64,000 nucleotides of DNA, taken from assembly GCA_964370985.1 (NCBI GenBank), contig CAYJLE010000001.1, positions 191,629-255,628 on the forward strand, written 5' to 3'. The translations under genes and the position numbers were made by a program. The first letter of the stretch is position 1, and each line of letters starts with the position of its first letter. Positions 27,433-34,878 of the stretch are shown here, piece by piece. The DNA is from an uncultured Gaiellales bacterium. GTDB taxonomy: Bacteria; Actinomycetota; Thermoleophilia; Gaiellales; Gaiellaceae. Under the pieces are notes generated by a model, which was given only the letters and a program-made list of their open reading frames with translations, was not told the origin of the DNA and did no database searches.

Positions 27433-28461
27433 GTGCCGCACGCAGCCGCCGTCGAGTCGATCCGGGCCGGGGGGCTCGCGGAGCTGCACACGCACCTCGG
27501 CGGCTCGGTGCACCCGTCGGTGATGTGGACGCTCGCGCACGAGCAGGGGATCGCGCTGCCGGTGAAGGACTACTGGGACTTCGAGCGGCTGACGACGATC
27601 TCCGACCCGCGCGGCGTGGCCGGGCTGCCGGAGCTGGACGGGGTGTACCGGTGGGCGGAGCTGATCCAGTCGAGCCCGCTCGCGGTGGAGCGGTCGGTGC
27701 ACGGCACGATCTCGGGCGCGTACCGCCGCCAGAACATCACGACGCTCGAGGTGCGGTTCAACCCGATGAAGCGAAACCGGGGCGGCGAGCGCGACCTCGA
27801 CCACATCATCCTGGCCGCGGTGCGCGGGCTCGACCGGGCGGAGCTCGAGTACCCGACGGTGCGGGCGGGGCTGATCCTGATGATGGACCGGACGTTCACG
27901 GCCGAGCAGAACGCGATCGTGGTCGAGAAGGCGATCCGCTGGGCGCCGCGGGGGATCGTCGGCGTCGACATCGCGGGGCCGCGGCCGGGGCCGGGCCGCT
28001 ACCCGTACCGGGAGCTGGCGCCGCTCGTGGCGGAGGCGCGCCGGGCGGGCCTGGGCGTGACGATCCACGTGGGCGAGGAGGGCGGCCCGGACGGCCTCGC
28101 GGAGATCGGGGAGGTGGTGGAGGAGCTGCGGCCGGAGCGGATCGGCCACGGGATCCTGGCGGCGCACGACCCGGCGACGATGCGGCTGCTGCGCGACGCC
28201 GGCGTGGTGCTCGAGCTCTGCCCGACGTCGAACCTGCTGACGCGGGCGCTGCCGGACGAGGGGGCGTTGCGCGACACGGTCCGCGCGTTCGCCGCGGCCG
28301 GCGTGCGGTTCACGATCGCGACGGACGGGCCGGAGATGATGCACACCCACCTGTCCGACGAGCTCGAGCTGCTGCACCGGGTCGGGGCACTCGACCGGGA
28401 CGGGCTCGCCGAGGTGAACCGCACCGGCCACGACGCCTCGTTTCTCGATCGAAGGATGTAG
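27433..28461 (+). CDS. add: adenosine deaminase-family amidohydrolase
   Basis: GTG at VPHAAAVESIRAGGLAELHTHLGG. HVGEE and GHG metal and catalytic motifs. The upstream 40 codons of the ORF are P/R-rich and unlikely to be coding. Confidence 0.8.
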   Translation: MPHAAAVESIRAGGLAELHTHLGGSVHPSVMWTLAHEQGIALPVKDYWDFERLTTISDPRGVAGLPELDGVYRWAELIQSSPLAVERSVHGTISGAYRRQNITTLEVRFNPMKRNRGGERDLDHIILAAVRGLDRAELEYPTVRAGLILMMDRTFTAEQNAIVVEKAIRWAPRGIVGVDIAGPRPGPGRYPYRELAPLVAEARRAGLGVTIHVGEEGGPDGLAEIGEVVEELRPERIGHGILAAHDPATMRLLRDAGVVLELCPTSNLLTRALPDEGALRDTVRAFAAAGVRFTIATDGPEMMHTHLSDELELLHRVGALDRDGLAEVNRTGHDASFLDRRM

Positions 28462-28522
28462 ACGGCGAAATCGGTCGGGCGGCCGATTGGCGGGGGCGCG
28501 CGGAGCGTGCAAGGATCGCGGC

Positions 28523-28795
28523 ATGTCGGCGACCCTGCACCGGGAGATCAGGTTCACGGATCGCCAGCGGCAGGTGATCCAGCTGATCGCGGTGGGCTGC
28601 TCGAACGACGAGATCGCGGCGCGTCTGGGGGTGACGGCGAGGACGGCGAAGGCGCACTGCGACACGCTGCGCGGCAAGCTGGGCGTGAGTCGCCGCCGCT
28701 ACATCCCGCTCGCCTACCGCTCGGTGACCGGCGAGGACCCGATGAGCCTCGGCCAGGCTGCGTGCGAGCCCGGGACATCCGGCTCGTCCCGCTGA
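28523..28795 (+). CDS. small LuxR/GerE-type HTH regulator (90 aa)
   Basis: MSATLHREIRFTDRQRQVIQLIAVGCSNDEIAARLGVTARTAKAHCDTLRGKLG is a stand-alone GerE HTH. Confidence 0.75.
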   Translation: MSATLHREIRFTDRQRQVIQLIAVGCSNDEIAARLGVTARTAKAHCDTLRGKLGVSRRRYIPLAYRSVTGEDPMSLGQAACEPGTSGSSR

Positions 28796-28929
28796 CCGGC
28801 CCGGGGGTGACGGCGCCCCGCGCCCGGGCCCCCCGCCCGGGCGCGGGGGATCTCCTCGCGCCGCCTGGCTCCTTGCGCGGTTTCGCGCTAACCTCCCCAG
28901 CCTTCCGTCGTTCGGAAGGACCGGTCGAG

Positions 28930-31488
28930 TTGCGCGAGCCGACGCCAGTCCCGCCCCTGCACCGCCGCCATGTCCCGCGGCAGCGGCTGACGGCGCTGCT
29001 CGAGGCCAGTCGTGCCCAGGCGCTGCTCGTCACGGCTCCGGCCGGGTACGGCAAGACGTCGCTTGCGTGCGAGTGGCTCGCGGGCAGGACGGATGTCGCC
29101 TGGTACCGCGCCACGCCGGCGTCGGCCGACCTCGCTGCCTTCTCGGCGGGGATCGCGGACGCGATCGCGCCGCTCGTGCCCGGGGCGGGCGAGCGGCTTC
29201 ACAGGCATCTGCGTGTCGTCGAGGCGCCCGAGCAGGCAGCGCGACCGCTGGCGGAGCTGCTGGCCGGGGACGTCACGGGCTGGCCGGACGGCGCGCTGCT
29301 CGTGATCGACGACTACCACCTGGTGGCGGACTCGGATCCCGTCTCCGAGTTCATGGACTGGCTGCTGACGCTCGCGCCCTTACGGGTGCTCGTGACGAGC
29401 CGCCGACGGCCGGCCTGGGCGTCGGCGCGCCGGGTGCTCTACGGCGAGGTGGACGAGATCGCGAAGGAGCAGCTGGCGATGACAAACGAGGAGGCAGCAC
29501 GGGTGCTCGGCGACCGCTCGGGCGAGGCCGTACGGGAGCTCGTGGCGCTGGCGCGAGGTTGGCCCGCGGTGATCGGTCTGGCCGCGCTGGCCGGTGCGGA
29601 CGTCCCGGAGGGACGCGTCCCGGACGGGCTGTTCCGCTACTTCGCCGAGGAGGTTCACCGGCAGCAGCCGCCGGAGCTTCAGGATTTCCTGCTGGTCGCG
29701 TCGATCCCGCACGCGGTCAGCGTCCGCTCGGCCCGGGCGGTCCTCGGCGTGGAGACGGCCGGGAGCCTGCTCGAACGCCTAGCCGATGAGGGGCTACTCC
29801 ACGAGAGCGGCCGCGGCACATTCCAGCTCCATCCGCTGCTCCGCGACTTCCTGCGGCGCAAGCTCGAGGACGAGGATCCCGAGCGGGCGAGCTGCCTCAC
29901 CGGCGCCTGCATCCGCGACGTGACGGAGCGGGGCGAGTGGGAGGAGGCGTTCGCGCTGGCACACGGCTCCGGCGACCTCGACGCGGCCGCGACGATCGTG
30001 GAGCTCGCGTCGCCGGACCTGCTGCGCGCGGGGCGCACGACGACGCTGGCGGAATGGCTGAGGGACTGCGGGGTCTCGGTCAGCCGCCACCCAGGCGCGC
30101 TCCTCACCAGGGCGGAGCTGCTGATCCGTCAGGGCCGCCTACCGGAGGCTCTGGGTCTCGCCAGGGACGTGGCGGGCCACATCGCCGCCGGCGATCCGAG
30201 GGAGTCGCGCGCGTTGTGGCTTGCCGGCCGGGCGGCGCACTTCCTGTCGGCGACCGAGGACGCACTCGCGTTCCACCTGCGGGCGCGCGAAACCGCCACC
30301 GATGTGCAGGAGGTGGCGGATTCGCTGTGGGGGGCGTTCTGCGCAGCCGAGGAATTGGGACGCCCCGAGGCAACTGCCTACCTCCAAGACCTATCAGGGC
30401 TCGGGCTCGATGACGTGGAGGAAAGGCTCAGGCTCTCTGTTGGACAGGCAATCGCATCGAGGGCAGGGCAAAGCGTCCGAGCAGCGCAATCGGACCTAGA
30501 GCAACTCCTGCCGCTTGTTGAGTACGCGACAGATCCCCTGATCACCAGCAACTTCTTCGCCTGCCTGTCGTACTTCACAGCGTTGAACGCGAACTACGAG
30601 AGCAGCTACCGATACGGACTCGAGGCCACCCGGATCTGCCAGACGCACAAGCTCGACATGCACCTCCTGATCGCGGAGTCGAACCGCGTGCATTCCGAGA
30701 TCGGTCTGCGTCGGCTTCGGGACGCCAGCAGAACGCTCTCGCACCTCCGTCGCTCCCTCTTGGAGATCGATGAGCCGTTCCTCAACACAAGCGTGCGCTT
30801 GCTCGAGCTGAAGATGGCGATCGCGGCAGGAACCCACGCGTCCGAGAGCCGGGCTCTCCCCGTGCTCGAGCCCCCGCCCCCGGCAGCGCTGCACGGCGAA
30901 CTCTTAGCCCTGTTCGCTCTCGTCGCGGCCTCATGCGGTGAGCTGGACCGAGCGCGCGAGGCGGGGCACCTGGCAGCAACCTTGACTGGGACGATCGAGG
31001 CTGTTCGGCTCGGCGAGCTTGCGAGGTTGATCGAGCAAGCGCAGGCTCCGGATGGCGCAGACGAACTGCGGCGCCGGACGGCCGCGCTGGCACTGGAATG
31101 CGCGCGCACGGGGACGCTCGACGCGTTCGTGACCGCCTATCGCGCCTACCCCAAGCTGCTCGGGTTCTGCTGTGACAACGCCGGGGCACTCGGGTTGGTG
31201 AGTGACGTCGCGCTTCGAGCCGGCGACCGCGCCCTCGCGGAGGGTGCAGGGATCGACGTACCTCGCCCCGCCTGGGACGTCGCGAAGCTCCTGACCCGTC
31301 GCGAGCGGGAGGTCCTGCAACTGCTGGCGCGCGGGCTCTCGAACCGCGAGATCTCGCGGCAGCTCTTTATCGAGCTCAGCACGACGAAGGTGCACGTCCA
31401 CAACATTCTGCGCAAGCTGGGTGTGGACACCCGGCTTCAGGCTGCGCTGCTCGCCCGCGGGCTGCTCGACGGGGAGGAGGCCCGCTAG
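28930..31488 (+). CDS. LAL/MalT-like large ATP-binding LuxR-family regulator
   Basis: TTG preceded by GGAAGGA. Walker A APAGYGKTS, Walker B LLVIDDYH, a helical repeat region, and a C-terminal GerE HTH (LTRREREVLQLLARGLSNREISRQLFIELSTTKVHVHNILRKLG). Confidence 0.85.
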   Translation: MREPTPVPPLHRRHVPRQRLTALLEASRAQALLVTAPAGYGKTSLACEWLAGRTDVAWYRATPASADLAAFSAGIADAIAPLVPGAGERLHRHLRVVEAPEQAARPLAELLAGDVTGWPDGALLVIDDYHLVADSDPVSEFMDWLLTLAPLRVLVTSRRRPAWASARRVLYGEVDEIAKEQLAMTNEEAARVLGDRSGEAVRELVALARGWPAVIGLAALAGADVPEGRVPDGLFRYFAEEVHRQQPPELQDFLLVASIPHAVSVRSARAVLGVETAGSLLERLADEGLLHESGRGTFQLHPLLRDFLRRKLEDEDPERASCLTGACIRDVTERGEWEEAFALAHGSGDLDAAATIVELASPDLLRAGRTTTLAEWLRDCGVSVSRHPGALLTRAELLIRQGRLPEALGLARDVAGHIAAGDPRESRALWLAGRAAHFLSATEDALAFHLRARETATDVQEVADSLWGAFCAAEELGRPEATAYLQDLSGLGLDDVEERLRLSVGQAIASRAGQSVRAAQSDLEQLLPLVEYATDPLITSNFFACLSYFTALNANYESSYRYGLEATRICQTHKLDMHLLIAESNRVHSEIGLRRLRDASRTLSHLRRSLLEIDEPFLNTSVRLLELKMAIAAGTHASESRALPVLEPPPPAALHGELLALFALVAASCGELDRAREAGHLAATLTGTIEAVRLGELARLIEQAQAPDGADELRRRTAALALECARTGTLDAFVTAYRAYPKLLGFCCDNAGALGLVSDVALRAGDRALAEGAGIDVPRPAWDVAKLLTRREREVLQLLARGLSNREISRQLFIELSTTKVHVHNILRKLGVDTRLQAALLARGLLDGEEAR

Positions 31489-32897
31489 GCCGCGCTCGCG
31501 GCGGCGACCGGGAGGAGCTCGGGGTGGGCCTGCGCCTCGAGTGCGAAGTCGGCGCGCACGCCCGAGGAATACGGGTCGCTCGCCTGCTCGAGGATCCCGA
31601 CGAACGCATCGACGACATCCGTGTCGAACTGCGTCCCGGCAGCCTGTACCAGCCGCTCGCTGGCGACGGCGACCGGCATCGCGTCGCGGTAGGGGCGGTC
31701 GGAGGTCATCGCGTTGTACGCGTCCGCGACGCAGATGATCCGGGAGATCACCGGGATCGACTCGCCGGCGATCCCGTCCGGGTACCCCTGCCCGTCGATC
31801 CGCTCGTGGTGGTGGCGCACGATGTTCGCGATCTCCGCGTACGCCTCAACGTTCGCGAGGATCCGCTCACCGATCTCCGAGTGCTCCTCCATCTTGCGTC
31901 GCTCGGGGAGCGTCAGCGGGCCGTTCTTCTCGAGGATGCCCGGGGGAACCCCGATCTTGCCGATGTCGTGCAGCAGCCCTGAGAGGTGGGCAAGCCGCTG
32001 CTGCTCGGCCGGGAGCCCGAGCCGTCCCGCAATGTCCCGCGCGTAAACGGCGACTGCGGCGGAATGGCCCGCCGTGTAGCGATCCCGCGCGTCGAGCGTG
32101 GTCACGAGCGCGCTCGCGAACGACAGATTTGCGCGCTCGAGCTTGTCGTTCACGACGACCAGGTCGGAGGCGAGGCGGCGTTGCTCCTGATACATCGCCC
32201 ACAACCGCTGAGCAGCAAGCGCGGGCAGCACGAAGAACGGGAGAACCCAAGGGGAGAGGTAGAGATACGCGTAGGCGAGAGGGCCAACTAGCGCCGTGTA
32301 CAGCAGAATCGACGTCGGAAAGGCGGGAAGCGAAAGGCGCAGCAGGTCCCGAACGCTAGCGGTGCCTCTCACAGAGAGAGTCAGAGCGGTGAAGCTCACG
32401 TCGAGTGCCTGCGCGACAACGGCTGCAGTCGCAGCGGCGATCGCCACTGAGCCAAGATCGCTCGAGCTGACAGCACCGACTTGTATCGCGAGGAGCCCAA
32501 CTACGGCACCGTTGAGCGCATTCGTGCATGTGTAGACAAGCCACCGAAGGTACGGCCGCTTCAGGCTGCCCAACATCGCAACGGCCGCTACCACCATTGC
32601 GTCAACCGGCCCGAACGCGACCGCCGCAAACAGAAAAGCGAGTAGCGTGATCGACACTTCAACTTGCGCGCTTAGTGTCACGCTACGTCGCTCAGCCGCG
32701 ATGCCGAGGACAGCGAGGACGGCGACAGCGGCGGGCGAGGTCAACTCGTAGCCGGCGGCTAGAAGCGCTACCGCGGTACCGACACCCGACACCACTAGGG
32801 CCATCACATAGCCCGCAAGGCGAACTGCAGCTCGGTCGAAGGCCATCCCAGACCGCACGCCCATGCCGGCCTCCGGAGACTGTGCCGGGGCTTGCAT
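31485..32897 (-). CDS. membrane-anchored HD-GYP domain protein (putative c-di-GMP phosphodiesterase)
   Basis: HDIGK and HHERIDGQGYP motifs. The N-terminal half has about 7 hydrophobic segments. Start candidates are ATG 32897, 32864 and 32846. Confidence 0.82.
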   Translation of the reverse strand: MQAPAQSPEAGMGVRSGMAFDRAAVRLAGYVMALVVSGVGTAVALLAAGYELTSPAAVAVLAVLGIAAERRSVTLSAQVEVSITLLAFLFAAVAFGPVDAMVVAAVAMLGSLKRPYLRWLVYTCTNALNGAVVGLLAIQVGAVSSSDLGSVAIAAATAAVVAQALDVSFTALTLSVRGTASVRDLLRLSLPAFPTSILLYTALVGPLAYAYLYLSPWVLPFFVLPALAAQRLWAMYQEQRRLASDLVVVNDKLERANLSFASALVTTLDARDRYTAGHSAAVAVYARDIAGRLGLPAEQQRLAHLSGLLHDIGKIGVPPGILEKNGPLTLPERRKMEEHSEIGERILANVEAYAEIANIVRHHHERIDGQGYPDGIAGESIPVISRIICVADAYNAMTSDRPYRDAMPVAVASERLVQAAGTQFDTDVVDAFVGILEQASDPYSSGVRADFALEAQAHPELLPVAAASAA

Positions 32898-32958
32898 GGC
32901 CCCCAAGATGGGGGATATACTCAGCGAGCCGTCATCTCCCGGGGGAGAGGAGTTTCGT

Positions 32959-33045
32959 ATGCGCAGGTCCCTCATCCGCCTGGGGGTTGCTCTCGCGTCC
33001 TTCGGGTCGCTGGCCGCCGTGCTCGGCGGTCTCAAGGGCTGGTAG
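32959..33045 (+). CDS. candidate 28-aa hydrophobic small protein
   Basis: ATG lies 7 nt after GGGGGAGAGGAG and encodes MRRSLIRLGVALASFGSLAAVLGGLKGW. A sigma70-like -35/-10 pair lies upstream at 32892-32921. Confidence 0.35.
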   Translation: MRRSLIRLGVALASFGSLAAVLGGLKGW

Positions 33046-33132
33046 ACCAGTCCGAAGGATGTAGTTATCCACGGAAGCCCACATCCCTCTCCGGGGGGAT
33101 ATGCACAGGAGCCTGTGGATAACGGTGATAAG

Positions 33133-33170
33133 CCGGTGGCCGGGGCGGTGAGAGCCGCCCCGGCCACCGG
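33133..33170. terminator. 16-bp perfect stem-loop downstream of the GerE-type regulator gene
   Basis: CCGGTGGCCGGGGCGG-TGAGAG-CCGCCCCGGCCACCGG lies 28 nt past the stop (33198) of the minus-strand gene. There is no clear U-tract. Confidence 0.55.
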
Positions 33171-33197
33171 TTGCCACCGACCGGGGGAAAGGGCCGG

Positions 33198-33548
33198 CTA
33201 CTGGATCAGGCCCCGGCGGTAGCCGATCGCAACCGCGTGGGCGCGGCTGCGGGCCTGGAGCTTCGCCAGGAGATGGCGCACGTGCGACTTCACCGTCTCC
33301 TCGGACAGGAACAACCGCTCGCCGATCTCGCGGTTGACGAGACCGTCCGCGATCAGCTGGAGCACCTGGCCCTCCCGGGCCGTCGGGCGCTGCTCGAGCT
33401 TCTGCGGCGACGCCCTCAGCGGTACGACGTCGGCGGGAGCCTCCCCGACCTGGGAGCCCGCGCGGTTCCGCCGCGCCGCGGCGTCGTCGAAACGCCTGGC
33501 GTGATCCAGGTAGCGCGTGAGGATCTCCTCCCGTTCCGCAGCGTTCAT
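33198..33548 (-). CDS. small LuxR/GerE-type HTH regulator (116 aa)
   Basis: MNAAEREEILTRYL... followed by the C-terminal HTH REGQVLQLIADGLVNREIGERLFLSEETVKSHVRHLLAKL. Confidence 0.78.
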   Translation of the reverse strand: MNAAEREEILTRYLDHARRFDDAAARRNRAGSQVGEAPADVVPLRASPQKLEQRPTAREGQVLQLIADGLVNREIGERLFLSEETVKSHVRHLLAKLQARSRAHAVAIGYRRGLIQ

Positions 33549-33661
33549 GACTCCTGCATCGACGCTACGTGCCGCCCCGCCGCACCCTAGATGGAGGGAA
33601 CGCCGACCACAAAAGGGGGGAAACCCGCTACCCCTTTTGTGAGGCCGACGAGCGGGCGCGC

Positions 33662-34699
33662 CTACGCCGCGACGGACGCGAGATCGCGCAGCGCGGACAG
33701 GCGCGCAAGCGCCTGCCCCTCGAGCTGGCGGACACGCTCGCGCGTGAGGCCGAGCTCGTGGCCGATCGCCTCGAGCGTCCACGGATCGCCCTCGAAGCCG
33801 AACCGCAGCTCCAGGATCCGCCGCTCCCGCTCCGGCAGCGCGTCGAGCGCGCGGCGCACACCCTGCCGGCGCAGCGACTCCTCCGCCTCCTCGAACGGGT
33901 CGGCGGCCTCGCGGTCCGCGAACAGGTCGCCCAGCTCGCCCTCGTCGTCGGAGCCGACGCTCTGGTTCAGCGACACGGACGCCTGGGCGGCGCCCATCGC
34001 CTCCTCGACATGCTGCATCGGGATGCCCGTCGCCGTCGCCAGCTCCTCCTTCGTCGCGTCCCGCCCCAGCTCCAGCTCGAGGCGGCGCGCGGCCCGGAAC
34101 AGCTTCTGCTGGCGCTCCACGACGTGCACCGGCACGCGGATCGTGCGCGCGTGGTTCGCCACGGCGCGCTGCACCGACTGGCGGATCCACCACGTCGCGT
34201 ACGTCGAGAACTTGTAGCCGCGGCGCCAGTCGAACTTCTCGACTGCACGGTTGAGGCCGAGCGTCCCCTCCTGGATCAGGTCGAGGAACGGCACGCCGAG
34301 GCCGCGGTAGCCCTTCGCGATCGACACGACCAGCCGCAGGTTCGACTCGATCATCCGCCGCTTCGCCAGCGGGTCGCCCTTCTCGATCCTCTTCGCCAGC
34401 GTGACCTCCTCCGACGCCGTCAGCAGGCGATGGCGCCCGACGTCGGCGAGGAACAGCTGGAGCGAGTCGCCGGCGCCGGGGGCGGGAGTCGAGGCGATCG
34501 CGGCCTCCTCGACCTCGTCGCGCGGCGCCCCGACCTCGAGCCCGAGCGCCTCGAGCTCGTTGTGAAACAGCGTCAGCTCCTCGTCGCCGAGATCGAGCTC
34601 GACCGTCAACGCCTCGAGCTCCGCCGGTTCGACGAAACCGCGCTCCTCGGCGATGTCGAGAAGCGATCGCACCTGCTCGTGTTCGAGAAGATCCTGCAA
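33662..34699 (-). CDS. rpoD: RNA polymerase sigma-70 family factor, RpoD-like (regions 1.1-4 present)
   Basis: DLIQEGTLGLNRAVEKFDWRRGYKFSTYATWWIRQSV (region 2). Region 4 is LPERERRILELRFG...TLEAIGHELGLTRERVRQLE. Acidic N-terminal region. Confidence 0.88.
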   Translation of the reverse strand: MQDLLEHEQVRSLLDIAEERGFVEPAELEALTVELDLGDEELTLFHNELEALGLEVGAPRDEVEEAAIASTPAPGAGDSLQLFLADVGRHRLLTASEEVTLAKRIEKGDPLAKRRMIESNLRLVVSIAKGYRGLGVPFLDLIQEGTLGLNRAVEKFDWRRGYKFSTYATWWIRQSVQRAVANHARTIRVPVHVVERQQKLFRAARRLELELGRDATKEELATATGIPMQHVEEAMGAAQASVSLNQSVGSDDEGELGDLFADREAADPFEEAEESLRRQGVRRALDALPERERRILELRFGFEGDPWTLEAIGHELGLTRERVRQLEGQALARLSALRDLASVAA

Positions 34700-34878
34700 G
34701 GGCTGCCTACCTCTTTGCTCGGATTATCACGTACCAATTGTACCGCTCCCGGGATTCATCGGCCTGCCGAGCGAATCCTCCTGCCCGAGAACGAGTGACT
34801 TGCGGTCGGTTTACTGCACTACCGATTGAGAACGCTTCCCGGGCACCTGTATTCCCCGGAGGTGCCCCGGACCCTCCC

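Noticed and set aside
25399-28677. 1092-aa ORF on the minus strand
   Set aside because: Only the 3' 382 codons (GT4 glycosyltransferase from MKIGIVVPF) have family motifs. The remainder overlaps the LOG gene out of frame and runs antisense to add, with an R/P/D-rich composition.
33064-33123. Chromosomal replication origin (oriC) because of the DnaA-box consensus
   Set aside because: There are only two boxes, no AT-rich unwinding element of adequate length, and no dnaA, dnaN or parAB neighbourhood. I kept them only as possible regulatory sites.
32892-33177. 76-aa (plus) and 81-aa (minus) ORFs in the HD-GYP/GerE intergenic region
   Set aside because: They overlap each other and the terminator hairpin, and they lack RBS-like sequences and any protein-like composition. 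Only the 28-codon sORF has start signals.
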